Shown here piece by piece: positions 17,080 to 27,656 of a stretch of DNA of 64,000 nucleotides; within the stretch, counting starts at the first letter, position 1, and every line of letters starts with the position of its first letter. The notes under the pieces are model-generated. The model was not told the origin of the DNA and searched no databases. It saw only the letters and a list, made by a program, of their open reading frames with translations. The translations under genes and the position numbers were made by a program. The DNA lies in IMG/VR virus record IMGVR_UViG_3300042317_001568, positions 141,011 through 205,010 of that record. One strand, given 5' to 3'.

Positions 17080-17794
17080 TGCTGAAATTCTAAAACCAGA
17101 CTGGCACACCCGGCTTACTGACAAACAACTGATGGCGTACATTCGCTATCAGTTTATTCGTTTAAAAGAGCACGTTATTGATCTTGATTCCCCGGCACAC
17201 ACGCACCGGCGCCCGAACTGGGACGGCGGCGAAAATAGCGCGGGTGTCACCTACAAGGCTTTGTGGCCAAAAGCCATGAACGCCATTAAGGAACGAGAAG
17301 CGCATCCCGGCGTTTGGGTGACGGCGCGGTTCTCGCCAATTGCGCTATCGTTTGATTTGTCGAACCGCATGTCAGCCCCGCCGATTAAACCGTCGTCGCT
17401 AGCCGACCACAATGCCGCGACAATTTACGCTGAATACTGCAAGCGGTTTACCGGGTCATTTACGTTTAATTTGAACATTGCGTTGAAGGTTGTGGCGTCG
17501 CGTTTGCGTGAGCTAGCGGCGCACCCAATGCCGGAAAACGCCCGGGTATTTTATGTTCTTTGTGACGAGGCGCATCTTTCAACGCCGGCATTTTTCCGGC
17601 ACGGCATGGCCTCCGCCGCCGAGTGCGATAAAGCGGCGCTCAAGTACCTGTGGCGCGCCGCAGTCGACTACGAGGCGCAGCAGCCGCTTTACGACGCCGC
17701 CTGCGCCGCGCAATCTGTTTCAGATTTTATTACTCCCGAATTGCAGCAGTATGTGATTAATATCCGCAAACATTGGATGACTTACAATGACTAA
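17069..17794 (+). CDS. hypothetical protein
   Basis: overlaps both helicase genes at its ends. Confidence 0.7.
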   Translation: MSRDAEILKPDWHTRLTDKQLMAYIRYQFIRLKEHVIDLDSPAHTHRRPNWDGGENSAGVTYKALWPKAMNAIKEREAHPGVWVTARFSPIALSFDLSNRMSAPPIKPSSLADHNAATIYAEYCKRFTGSFTFNLNIALKVVASRLRELAAHPMPENARVFYVLCDEAHLSTPAFFRHGMASAAECDKAALKYLWRAAVDYEAQQPLYDAACAAQSVSDFITPELQQYVINIRKHWMTYND

Positions 17795-19478
17795 GAATCA
17801 GTTAGAAGATGGCCCACTAAAGGCCCGTGACATCGACGTCGAGTACCCAATTACCGTTACTGACGTGCGGTTGTTGGTGAAAACGTTGCTGCGGTATCAG
17901 CAGATGCTGCAAAGCGCTATCTCTGCCGGATTGAATTTCAATCAGTTTAATGGCCCGGACGAAGCGCCTTACGGTTACGTTATGCACGCCGCCGGCGCGC
18001 TTGTTAAGGAACATAACGCCGTAACAGAGGAAATGCTGAAAGCCGAACTTCAGGCTTGGTATTCTGGCGGGGCTATGGCGATAGCGCCGCAGCAGTTTGA
18101 AGAGTTGCTTGGCACTGAAGGGAATCCCGGATTTCTGAGCGAGGCTTTTGCCGCACCCGAGACAGACAACAAGCGCGTTACCGCGGAGAAAGATTATGCG
18201 CAAAAGCTGCTGTACAAGTTTCTAAAAGCGCGCATGCTGACAGCAGACTTGTCGGAAATGCTTCAGGCGTCGTCGGCTGACACGTCGCCGCAACGGTTTG
18301 AAGAGCTGCTCGGTAAGTCGTATCGCAAAGCGCAGTCAATCCGATTCATCGGCACGGAACTTGACGATGAAAATGATTTCATGCCAGAGTTCGGCTCAGA
18401 AACGAATTACGCGCCCGTAGTCGCCGAGCCAACCGGTATACCGTGGATTGACCAGTACATCGGCGGATTTTGCGCCGGAGACGTAATCGGTCTTCTTGGC
18501 CCTACTGGCGGCGGCAAGAGCAACATGATGATCTCGGCTGCGGTAAGAATGGCGCAATATTATGCGGCAAACAACCTGAACAAGTTGTCTGTCTACGTGT
18601 GCTATGAAGACGGCAATTACCGCATGAAACCGTTGTTCTGGTCCGCCGCGACGCGCATTAGCCGCGAGACCTTTGCAAACGCTGATTTCAACTGGGCAAA
18701 TATGTCTACAAGCGAGATGCCCAACGACGCTGACCGCCGTCTCCCCGAAAATCAAAATGGTGAGTTTATTCTCGGCGAGCGGGAGCGATATATTGCCGCG
18801 CAGTCTTGGATGAAGAAGCACTTCAAGTTTTTGGACTTTTCTTACAACGTTGCTACTGGCGGCCGCGGCCTTGGCGGGCTGCAGGAAATCGTATCAGTGG
18901 TTGAGCAGATTTGTGAGAAGCGTGGAATGTCGTTGGGTTTTATCGCCATTGATTATGCGGGCATACTTATTGAGCGTTACCTTGCAGCGACGGGGCGTTT
19001 AAAATCTACAGGCCCTGACGGCGTATATCTTCCGCTAAAAACGTTTGGTGACGAAGTGCGGTATAGTCTGTCTGCTCCGTACGGGGCTGTAGCTATGGTC
19101 GCGCATCAGATTGCTGGCGCCGCCGCAAACGCAAAGCCCTTTTATCGGTATCTTACGCACTGGGACGTACAGCACTGCAAGTCGTTCGCTGAGAATATGC
19201 AGGCTTGCATTTGCATAAATTCTGCGGACCCTGACACGCAAGCGCGGCTTATTAATTACTCAAAAATTCGATACGGCGCGCCCGGGATGCAGCACGGCAT
19301 TATCAAGATCAAGAGCGAGTACTGCAGTATTGACCTTGTGTCTGACTTTTATCAGGTCGATGAGTTTTCGAAGAAGATCGTTCCTAAAAATGAGCTTTCT
19401 TCAGCCGCCGGTCGACCAGCACGAACCCGGCCGTCTTCTGGAATGGTTCCCGGAGATAACTTTAGCAACATGTTGTAG
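17787..19478 (+). CDS. dnaB: DnaB-like (SF4) replicative helicase
   Basis: GPTGGGKS Walker A, IAIDY, AHQ motifs; directly upstream of the primase. Confidence 0.82.
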   Translation: MTKNQLEDGPLKARDIDVEYPITVTDVRLLVKTLLRYQQMLQSAISAGLNFNQFNGPDEAPYGYVMHAAGALVKEHNAVTEEMLKAELQAWYSGGAMAIAPQQFEELLGTEGNPGFLSEAFAAPETDNKRVTAEKDYAQKLLYKFLKARMLTADLSEMLQASSADTSPQRFEELLGKSYRKAQSIRFIGTELDDENDFMPEFGSETNYAPVVAEPTGIPWIDQYIGGFCAGDVIGLLGPTGGGKSNMMISAAVRMAQYYAANNLNKLSVYVCYEDGNYRMKPLFWSAATRISRETFANADFNWANMSTSEMPNDADRRLPENQNGEFILGERERYIAAQSWMKKHFKFLDFSYNVATGGRGLGGLQEIVSVVEQICEKRGMSLGFIAIDYAGILIERYLAATGRLKSTGPDGVYLPLKTFGDEVRYSLSAPYGAVAMVAHQIAGAAANAKPFYRYLTHWDVQHCKSFAENMQACICINSADPDTQARLINYSKIRYGAPGMQHGIIKIKSEYCSIDLVSDFYQVDEFSKKIVPKNELSSAAGRPARTRPSSGMVPGDNFSNML

Positions 19479-19486
19479 TGAGAGGA

Positions 19487-20563
19487 ATGGGCGCAACAGT
19501 GGACGCGGGAATAAAACCCCTGAACCCAACACTTTACGCGCTGCTGGAACACAAATTCAGCGGGAGCGTAAAGATCGCAAATCCCGGCGTGGCGGCAGCC
19601 ATCGAGCGTTATCGTGATCCAGTGCACCCCGGCAGGTACGTAACCCGTAGTTCACACTGGGGCGAGTACTACTGCGTATGCTGCCCGTTTTGCAACGACG
19701 TTGGACACAAGCTCTGGATCAATCATCGCTACGGTGCAGACGTCGACCCCGAAACGGGACGACGCTCGGACACGTTTTTGGCCGTGTGCTATAAAAACAA
19801 TTGTATCCGTACGCGGTATCAGCAGTTTGAAGATTTAGTTTTTGGTCCCGGCAAAAAACTACCAGTGCGTATGGGTATCGCCACCGGCATCAAACCCGAA
19901 AACGCTGAATCTATTTCTCCGCCGGGCGAGATTGTTTCCTTGGTTGATCTTCCGGACTATCATCCGGCAAACGAGTATCTACGGTCCCGAAATTTTGATC
20001 CCGCTGTTCTCGCCGAAAAATTCGGCGTCGGCGTTTGCGTAAACCCCGTGCCGGCTTACGGCATCATGCGCGGCCGAATCTACATTCCTGTGTATTCCAG
20101 CGGGCAGCTTGTTGGTTGGCAGGGACGGATCGTGACACCCCCCGACGGCAAACCGAAGTATTACACGCAAGGCAGCAAAAGCCGCGCGCTTTACAACTAT
20201 GCGCAAGCGGCTCGTCAGCCGTACGTCGTTGTTGTCGAAGGCGTGCCGAGCGTGTGGCGCATTGGCGACCCTGCCGTCGCCATTTTTGGAAAAACGTTGT
20301 CGCAATGGCAGCAAAACACGATCGGCACGGCGTGGACTGGAAAACCTGTTTTTGTCGTGATAGATTTCGGCGAAGACGAGGGGCGTGCGCTTGAGCAGAT
20401 TGCCATGCAGCTGTACCGGTATCCCATCCAGTTGGTTCCAGTGCAGATGCCAGACGCCCGCGACCCGGCTGATTATTCTTTGCCGGATTTTTACGAGTTG
20501 CTCCACGAGGCGGCAGCAGACATAGGCGTAGATTCATCAGTATTAAACACGAGAAACCAATGA
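19487..20563 (+). CDS. dnaG: DNA primase (zinc finger plus TOPRIM)
   Basis: CPFC..C zinc domain, GWQGRI, VVVEG, VIDFGED. Confidence 0.85.
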   Translation: MGATVDAGIKPLNPTLYALLEHKFSGSVKIANPGVAAAIERYRDPVHPGRYVTRSSHWGEYYCVCCPFCNDVGHKLWINHRYGADVDPETGRRSDTFLAVCYKNNCIRTRYQQFEDLVFGPGKKLPVRMGIATGIKPENAESISPPGEIVSLVDLPDYHPANEYLRSRNFDPAVLAEKFGVGVCVNPVPAYGIMRGRIYIPVYSSGQLVGWQGRIVTPPDGKPKYYTQGSKSRALYNYAQAARQPYVVVVEGVPSVWRIGDPAVAIFGKTLSQWQQNTIGTAWTGKPVFVVIDFGEDEGRALEQIAMQLYRYPIQLVPVQMPDARDPADYSLPDFYELLHEAAADIGVDSSVLNTRNQ

Positions 20564-23500
20564 GTGTAGTGTCTTTAAATCAGCGTCATACACGCTCTCT
20601 TTATGACCCTAAAAGCGCTAAGCTAACAGCAGCGCTTTTTCCGTTTTTGCCGCTCGACGCTCCGGGCATGCCGTCCGCAGGCCCGAACTTTATCGCGCAT
20701 GCCAATATCTTGGGCGACACGATCGATCCGGCAAAAACGAAAAAACAAATCCCGATCGGCGAGAAGCTGACAAACTTGTACAGAGACGCGCTGTACAACC
20801 CGCAGTTCTTTCTGCCTGTCGCTCACAAGAATGAGTTGACGGCGGTGCCGTTTCTTCCGGGACACATTCTCGGTCAAGTCGCGGACGAAAAGTTTAAATC
20901 GCTTCACGCGACTGATGACGAGTTTGGCCCTCGCCCCGCTCGCGTCATGATCGTAGGAAAGTCCCCCGGGCAGACAGAGATTCAATACCGCAACTCTTTT
21001 GGCGGTTCTGGCATGCGGCCTATGCAGCACGCTATGCAGGAGTGCGGCTTTTTGCCGGACGAGTATTTGTCGTGGTACGTAACCTTCGCCTGCAAATTTA
21101 TGTCGCCGGACGCAGAGCTGACGGCTCTCCCGGCCGCGTGGCTGAAGGACTGCGCGCTGCTGCTAGAGCAAGAAATACGGCTTGTACAGCCAGACTATAT
21201 TCTCTGCCTTGGCGCGGAGGCTACAAAGGCCGTGCTGCAGACAACCGGGAGCGTCACGAATCTTCTTGGCCGCGCTATAACGCGTAAGTCAAAAGATGCG
21301 GAAGGAAACGACCGCGAGATTCTTGTTGTCCCTGCCGTCAACCCGGGTTTTGTAGCGCGTAAGCCTGACGCTTACGAAGACTTTGTCGGCCAGATTCAGC
21401 GGTTTTACGACTTGGTTCACAACAAGCAGTCTGTTGAAGAAACAGTCGACCACGCCGAGATTTACACGGAAGAGACTTTACGTGAAATGGTCGATGAGAT
21501 GATTGCCGACACGACGCTGAACGCGAACATCATCGCCATCGACTGCGAGTGGCACGGCGAGTTCCCCACGGAAGATGGCGCTTACTTGCGCACCATTCAG
21601 GTCTCTAACAAGGACAAGTGGGCGCGCACGATTGTCTTGCGGCATCAAGGCGGTGGAATTGCTTTTCAGCCAAATCTCGACGTAATTCGCGAACAGTTGA
21701 ATCGGCTACTGAAGAGCACGCCTGATCGGCATGTCCGAGTTGGCGGGCATTTCTTTCGTGCTGACTTGCCGTGGCTTGTCCACTTCGGCGTCGATGTACG
21801 CGAGGAGTACGGTCCGGTTGATAACTCAGACGATAGAACTCGCGGGGGTTGGGACACGAGTCTGATGTATCACGCTGTAAACGAGACGGCGCGGTATGGG
21901 TTAGACGCGTGCTCCATGCGGTTTACTTCTGCGCCTATTTACTGGGAAGAATTGGACAACTGGAACAAGAAGCGAAAAAAGAATGGCGACGCAGACGGCG
22001 GTTACGGTAATTGCCCGGGCCACATTTTGCATCCGTACGCCTCGTACGACGCCGACGTCACGCGACGGATTATGTTGCGTTTTTACGGCACCAACGGCCG
22101 AGACGGCTTGTTAGCCAGCGACGCAAACGGCGTTGACTGCTGGTTACCGTACTGGACCGCGCATATCGCGTCGCTGGCGTTTCTGGAAATGGAAATGACC
22201 GGTCTCGTAATTGACCGCGACCGCGCTGACGAGCTGACAACCGTGTTTATGAATACGCAAGACCAGCTTTTGGACGAAATTAGGGCGGAACTGAACTGGC
22301 CTGAATTCAATCCAAAATCGCAGCCGCAACTATCTGTCGCGTTGTTCGGCGCCGACTTTGGCGCGCGGTATGTCAACCCACCCGAGCCGCCGGCAGACGC
22401 TTCGTTATTGAGCCTGACGCCAGTCAAGACAACCGGCAAACGCCCGACCTTGTGGGCGGAACTAGGCATGCGCGGCCTTGACGCAGCTACTGCGGTGCCC
22501 AGCACCGATAAAGAAAGTCTGGGTATTCTTGGGCATCAAAACGCCACAGCTGCCAAGATTCGCGATTACAAGTTTGTGAGTCAGGTCCTGCAGTCTGTTT
22601 TACGTAAACCAGCAAAAGACGACACCGGAGAATACGAAGCCGATGAAAACGGAAATTTCGTCTATGAGAAGGGGCTGGTGGGCTGCGTTCATTCCGACGG
22701 CCGTGTTCGCACACACTTTTTTCAGACGAAAGAAACCGGCCGCGCGTCAAGCTCTCGACCGCCTTTGCAAAACCTCAGCTCCCGCCGCGAGGACGACTAT
22801 CGACGTATCCTCGGCGCATCTTATCACCACCCAGTCCGGTCAGTCCTGCGGGTGCCAGAAGGGTACGTCGGGCTTGAAACGGACCTCACTGGTGCGGAAC
22901 TGGCGGTCCTCGCGTGGTTGTCGCAAGATAAAAACATGATCGAACATGTTCGGCGTAATCTTCTCCCAGAGAGTCACACCGACCATTACGACATCCACTC
23001 GCGACAGGCGTGCAAGGCGTTTAATCTCCACAACATCGAACCTACAAAAACTGGCCTCGTAAAGGCCGGGAAAAAGGGTTTGCGTGTTGCCGCTAAAAAC
23101 GTGAATTTCGGTATCCCATATGGCCGCGGGGCAGAAGCTATCGCGCGGCAATGCAAAGAAGAGGGTGTCGAGGTTACGCCAGCCGAGTGTCAGGCGATGA
23201 TCGACGCGTACTTTGACTCGTATCCCGGCACAGCTGATTTTTTAGCGGAGTGCCGCGCACGGTCTCAAAACCCCGGTTGGCTCGTTGGCCCATACGGCCG
23301 CTTGCGGCGCTTTTCATCTGCCGAGTTCAATCGTTCTTCTAACAGCAAGGGTACAAAAGCATACGCCGTTGTTGGAGAACAGGAACGGCAAGCGCAGAAC
23401 TTCCCGATTCAAGGCGGCGTGGCTGATGCGGTGTCAATGGCATTGGCGAACTTTTACGAGTATCGCACAAACCACTCTGACATTGATTACAAGATCGCGC

Positions 23501-23754
23501 TCCAGATTCACGACGCGATTGTTTTGTTGGTTCCCATTGAACACTCTGAACGCGTGTATAAGGAGGTTATTCCTAAATGCATGATTGATGATGTGCCGTT
23601 TTGGCCTCGCCGATTAGATGGCAGTTCCATCCTTGTTCCCGAGCCGTATCGGTTCGGCTGCTCCCGAGACGTCTTTGTGCACTGGGGCGAGAACATAACC
23701 CCCGAGCAAATCAGGGCTTACGGCATGGACTGGCTTTTTGATTGCAAGGACTAG
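20560..23754 (+). CDS. polA: family A DNA polymerase with N-terminal UDG family 4-like domain and 3'-5' exonuclease
   Basis: VMIVGKSPG..E and PDYILCLG (UDG-like); IDCEW and YDAD (exo); TDLTGAEL, AKNVNFGIPYG, IHDA (polymerase motifs A, B, C). Confidence 0.92.
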   Translation: MSVVSLNQRHTRSLYDPKSAKLTAALFPFLPLDAPGMPSAGPNFIAHANILGDTIDPAKTKKQIPIGEKLTNLYRDALYNPQFFLPVAHKNELTAVPFLPGHILGQVADEKFKSLHATDDEFGPRPARVMIVGKSPGQTEIQYRNSFGGSGMRPMQHAMQECGFLPDEYLSWYVTFACKFMSPDAELTALPAAWLKDCALLLEQEIRLVQPDYILCLGAEATKAVLQTTGSVTNLLGRAITRKSKDAEGNDREILVVPAVNPGFVARKPDAYEDFVGQIQRFYDLVHNKQSVEETVDHAEIYTEETLREMVDEMIADTTLNANIIAIDCEWHGEFPTEDGAYLRTIQVSNKDKWARTIVLRHQGGGIAFQPNLDVIREQLNRLLKSTPDRHVRVGGHFFRADLPWLVHFGVDVREEYGPVDNSDDRTRGGWDTSLMYHAVNETARYGLDACSMRFTSAPIYWEELDNWNKKRKKNGDADGGYGNCPGHILHPYASYDADVTRRIMLRFYGTNGRDGLLASDANGVDCWLPYWTAHIASLAFLEMEMTGLVIDRDRADELTTVFMNTQDQLLDEIRAELNWPEFNPKSQPQLSVALFGADFGARYVNPPEPPADASLLSLTPVKTTGKRPTLWAELGMRGLDAATAVPSTDKESLGILGHQNATAAKIRDYKFVSQVLQSVLRKPAKDDTGEYEADENGNFVYEKGLVGCVHSDGRVRTHFFQTKETGRASSSRPPLQNLSSRREDDYRRILGASYHHPVRSVLRVPEGYVGLETDLTGAELAVLAWLSQDKNMIEHVRRNLLPESHTDHYDIHSRQACKAFNLHNIEPTKTGLVKAGKKGLRVAAKNVNFGIPYGRGAEAIARQCKEEGVEVTPAECQAMIDAYFDSYPGTADFLAECRARSQNPGWLVGPYGRLRRFSSAEFNRSSNSKGTKAYAVVGEQERQAQNFPIQGGVADAVSMALANFYEYRTNHSDIDYKIALQIHDAIVLLVPIEHSERVYKEVIPKCMIDDVPFWPRRLDGSSILVPEPYRFGCSRDVFVHWGENITPEQIRAYGMDWLFDCKD

Positions 23755-23779
23755 ACATCTTCGGCGGCCGAGGTATAAT
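23752..23779 (+). promoter_or_regulatory. sigma70-like promoter
   Basis: TAGACA-N16-TATAAT upstream of the gene at 23856. Confidence 0.55.
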
Positions 23780-23855
23780 GCGGCTACCGTTGAAAGCAGG
23801 TACAACGCCCTGCACTTTTTGATTCCTAACTACTTAACAAAGAAAGAGCATAACA

Positions 23856-25232
23856 ATGCCTCGTTATCCCGGTCAGAATCTTGCTTCCGTTAACCCTGAA
23901 TACCGAAAAGAACACAAGATTGATGACGGCTCAGGTAAGACAAGCCGCTACACTTTCGGTAAAAACGTAGTCATCGCCGCCGGTGACAAAATTCTTTCTG
24001 GCGGTTTCTGCATGCGCCTGCTCCCACTTGTGGATCAGGCCGGCTCTGCGCGGGCAAACAAGCCCGAATTTATCTCGTTCCGCGAAGGTCGCGATCAGGC
24101 GGCCATCGGCGACTGGTGCCGGATTATGACGGTCGCGTACTGGGTTGGTAACCCGGGCGTGTGCTTCATTATTCATGACGGCAACCCGGAATTGGACATC
24201 AAGCAGAGTCCGTATTTTCTGCTGCGTGACGCCGCCCGCGCTAACACAGAAACTCCGGGCATTGGCCGGCTGTTTGCTGAGTTGACGCAAAATCGCGTGA
24301 TGAACTCGCATATCGGTTCGCTCTCGCAACCCGAGAAGATGCTGTTCGTTTCCGCGACGGCCGTGTATGTAGACGAGCGCGGGCAGGTAACTCTGGGCGC
24401 TTTCAGCGAAGACCCAAAGCGCAATGCGCGGGTCATCGGTCTGAAGTACAGCGCTACTCAGAGTCTGTATTCTGTGCTCAACGCCCGCGACCCGCAGACG
24501 GGTGAGTTTTACGTAAACGATATGTTGTCGTTTGGTCCGTCGCAACTTCTGTCGATTGTGCCTGAATCGTTTCAGGCAGGTCCGCAAAAGCAGATCGGCG
24601 TCGGCGAACACGGCCCGGATGTGTTTCACTGCCCGGCGTATGCCCGCAACAACGACCCGAACGCCAAGTTTGTGATCGGTCGTCCGGGAAAGCCGAGCTC
24701 GTATACGCACTACTGCATCGTGCACGACACGTTCCGCGGTCAGCCGATTTCGCTCGAAGCGTACGAAGATCGCATTACCAGCGAGAATCGTACGATGGAC
24801 GACATGCTGTACGTGCCGAGCTACGAAGAGCAGGCCGAGCTGCTGTCGCGAGCGTTCCCGCAGGAAGTGCTTGAATTTGCGTGGCAGGATTATCCTGAGT
24901 ATCGCAAGCATCTCCGCGGACGGACGACGACTGTTGAGACATCGCCGCAGCGCACTCCGACTCCGGCAGCTGATTCTAGCTGGATGGATCGCGCTGCTCC
25001 GACCGCAGTTGCCAAGGCTGCTCCGAAGCCAGCGGCTAATTACGATGATGTCCCGTTCGACGGCGAGATTTCCGAAGAGGATACCGCCAGCGTCGTGGAC
25101 ATGTTCTCCGAAGCGCCGCTCCCAGCCGGCGCGTCCGTTCCGCCTCCTCCGCCGCCCCGCGCTACTCCGGCCCGCTCTACGCCGGCTGAAATCATGAGTC
25201 GCGTGCGTAAGTCGTCGCGTAAGGACGGCTGA
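23856..25232 (+). CDS. hypothetical replication protein, possibly ssDNA-binding
   Basis: between polA and recA; Pro/Ala-rich acidic tail with DDVPF; strong codon bias. Confidence 0.55.
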   Translation: MPRYPGQNLASVNPEYRKEHKIDDGSGKTSRYTFGKNVVIAAGDKILSGGFCMRLLPLVDQAGSARANKPEFISFREGRDQAAIGDWCRIMTVAYWVGNPGVCFIIHDGNPELDIKQSPYFLLRDAARANTETPGIGRLFAELTQNRVMNSHIGSLSQPEKMLFVSATAVYVDERGQVTLGAFSEDPKRNARVIGLKYSATQSLYSVLNARDPQTGEFYVNDMLSFGPSQLLSIVPESFQAGPQKQIGVGEHGPDVFHCPAYARNNDPNAKFVIGRPGKPSSYTHYCIVHDTFRGQPISLEAYEDRITSENRTMDDMLYVPSYEEQAELLSRAFPQEVLEFAWQDYPEYRKHLRGRTTTVETSPQRTPTPAADSSWMDRAAPTAVAKAAPKPAANYDDVPFDGEISEEDTASVVDMFSEAPLPAGASVPPPPPPRATPARSTPAEIMSRVRKSSRKDG

Positions 25233-25353
25233 GTTCAACGGTAAAGTCCGCATTTGGCGTGACACATATGAATGTGCACGCCATTTGCGGTGCTTTATTT
25301 CTGGAGGTTTTCATGTCTGCAGATCGCTTACAAATTAACAATAGGACACGCAC

Positions 25354-26730
25354 ATGGCCCGCAAGAAAAAAGTAGATGCTCGTGACGTCGGTCTGCCTCA
25401 CAGCTACGACGGCGAGCATCCAGTAATCACAGAAATCCTGAAGGCCACCGCGGAGGATCAGGACCCGCTTATTGGGTTACCGCTCCCGACGTTGGCCGCG
25501 CGGTACTTGTTGCAATCAAACATCTTCCCGCTGTCTCGGTTTACGCAACTCCGAGGCGAATTCAGCGCCGGCAAGTCTGCGCTGTTAACCGAGATCATGC
25601 GGTGGTTTCATGTTTATGGCGGCGGCGGAATCCTTATCGACACTGAGAACAAGGGTTCCCCGACAATGCTGGCCGGCATGTTCGGCCACAATCAGCAGTA
25701 CATGGCCCGCACGAAAGTCACGACCGCGGCCAGTGTCGAAGAGTGGCAGAGCAAGTACATGGGTTTCTGCAAAGCTGTGCATGCGCAAATCGATGCCGCT
25801 GGAGCGCCAGAACGCGTAATCCCTATCTGCATTGGTGTTGACTCTATTTCTGCCGTCGAGGTCGACCGCCGTGTAGAGAAGGTTGCCGAGGAGGGACATG
25901 CTGCCGCCGGTCACCCGTATCTGGCCCGAAACCTCTCTGACTTTATGCGGACCGCTTTAGTGCCGACATTGCGGCACTATCCAATCGCGTTTGTGGCGAC
26001 AAATCATCTCAAGGAGGAAATTAACTCTATGGGATTCGGCCCGCCAAAGAAGTATGCTCCCGGCGGCGCTAGCCTCGACTATTACCCGACCCTGATTATC
26101 GACATGTCGCGCGTCAGTCGAAACAATATTCAAGTCGGCCGCGCAGAAGGGCAGGCGGTCCGATTGATAGCGACCAAGAATAACCTTGGTGCTCCCGGTC
26201 GCCGATTAGTTGTAAATCTTATGTGGTACAACGACATCGTAACCGGCAAAGACGCTAACGGAAACGAAACGTATCGCAATCAGCAGTATCACTATTGGGA
26301 CTGGCACACGGCCACGACGCGGTTACTCATCGAGTTGCAGGATGCCACTAAAAAGCTTCCGCCCGGCATGGACCCGAAACTTCCCGGGCTGATCAAGCAG
26401 GTCTGCGATATCGAGTATAAGCACGGCACGAAGAATGCCGATGTGCCGTTGGTGTTCTCTTCGGCTATGGGCATCACGAAGCAGGAAGCGGTGTCTGAAG
26501 TCGAGTTTTCAATGGCGCTTGAAGAAAACAAAAAGGTGCTGGGTGTTCTAAATGGTTTACTCGGGGTCAACGAGTACATCATCTGCGACCCGGCACGAAA
26601 GTATCGCGAACAGATTATGGAACAGCTGCGTGAAAAGCAGATGACGGACGTTCCTGAACTTATGGCCGCTTCTAGCATGGCCGCAAGCATGTTACCCGAA
26701 GACTTTGATCCCCTAGGACAGGTGGAGTAA
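25354..26730 (+). CDS. recA: RecA/UvsX-like recombinase
   Basis: GEFSAGKS, IDTE, VDSISA, ATNH, PGG...YY and KNNLG motifs. Confidence 0.88.
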   Translation: MARKKKVDARDVGLPHSYDGEHPVITEILKATAEDQDPLIGLPLPTLAARYLLQSNIFPLSRFTQLRGEFSAGKSALLTEIMRWFHVYGGGGILIDTENKGSPTMLAGMFGHNQQYMARTKVTTAASVEEWQSKYMGFCKAVHAQIDAAGAPERVIPICIGVDSISAVEVDRRVEKVAEEGHAAAGHPYLARNLSDFMRTALVPTLRHYPIAFVATNHLKEEINSMGFGPPKKYAPGGASLDYYPTLIIDMSRVSRNNIQVGRAEGQAVRLIATKNNLGAPGRRLVVNLMWYNDIVTGKDANGNETYRNQQYHYWDWHTATTRLLIELQDATKKLPPGMDPKLPGLIKQVCDIEYKHGTKNADVPLVFSSAMGITKQEAVSEVEFSMALEENKKVLGVLNGLLGVNEYIICDPARKYREQIMEQLREKQMTDVPELMAASSMAASMLPEDFDPLGQVE

Positions 26731-27042
26731 ATGGCTGTTTTACAAGTTGAATGTTTCGGTGGCCCGATCGATGGACAGACGATGCCGATTCCGGATGAAG
26801 CTGAGCTCGCGTGCGGTGTGGCGGTAGACAAAGAAACCGGCGAACCGCATTTCTATGTGCTGGCAAAAAAGTGGAGCTTCGAAAAGCTTGGTGAAAATTG
26901 CGTGTTTGAGTATTTTGGCAACAATCCCGAGCGGGTCGTTGCGCGGCTGCGGGACATGAACTCGCCGCTCGCCGACCAGATTGAAGCAGATTTGTATGGC
27001 CGCAGCGATGACGGCCCGGAGTTTGAAAACGACGATGACTGA
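26731..27042 (+). CDS. hypothetical protein
   Basis: abuts the recA stop; FGGPIDG motif. Confidence 0.65.
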   Translation: MAVLQVECFGGPIDGQTMPIPDEAELACGVAVDKETGEPHFYVLAKKWSFEKLGENCVFEYFGNNPERVVARLRDMNSPLADQIEADLYGRSDDGPEFENDDD

Positions 27043-27649
27043 CGGCGACAATCGCGATAGTTTTTTCAACGAGCTATTCGACGACAATAGTCGACAAGCT
27101 GGCGCTAATCGGGAGCAGCGCCAAATATCGTATGAGTCTCGGTTGGTCCGCCGAGTGTTTAGCGAATGCCGCGTGCCGCGTGTGAGCATGGGGCAACTTG
27201 TTAATCACTGCAAAGGCGCTACCGGCAACCACGAGCTCACGTTTGAGTGGTTTAATTTTACGTTTCCTGAATTCCCAGCACGCCTTATGGGTCGGCGAAT
27301 CGGATACTGCGCTCGGCGTAAACAAGCAGACGGAACGTCGGTACCGTTGTCGTTATATCAGTTACAGTTCGCCGATATTTTCCGACCAAAAAACAATCTT
27401 GTTCTGCGGTCAGTATCCCGGGCATTAGCTGATTACGAACAGGAACTCACCGACCCCTACGTGTTTATTTTTCCTATAGTGCGCAAAATGTTTTGTGCGC
27501 ACAATTTGGAGTTGCCCGGCAATCCCGGTATTGACGAACCGCGAATTCAGTGGATAATGCAAGCCCAGTCGGGCGTACGGATGACCATTGAACCGACGAC
27601 GTCATTGTTTGCCGCCGTTGGGCCGGATTGGTTTCAACCGCCAGAATAG
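27035..27649 (+). CDS. hypothetical protein
   Basis: ATG 27035 overlaps the upstream stop. Confidence 0.65.
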   Translation: MTDGDNRDSFFNELFDDNSRQAGANREQRQISYESRLVRRVFSECRVPRVSMGQLVNHCKGATGNHELTFEWFNFTFPEFPARLMGRRIGYCARRKQADGTSVPLSLYQLQFADIFRPKNNLVLRSVSRALADYEQELTDPYVFIFPIVRKMFCAHNLELPGNPGIDEPRIQWIMQAQSGVRMTIEPTTSLFAAVGPDWFQPPE

Positions 27650-27656
27650 CGGCACC

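Noticed and set aside
23931-25265. 444-aa minus-strand ORF
   Set aside because: It is in exact codon register with the plus-strand gene (offset 75 nt), so it stays open simply because TTA, CTA and TCA codons are avoided; no motifs.
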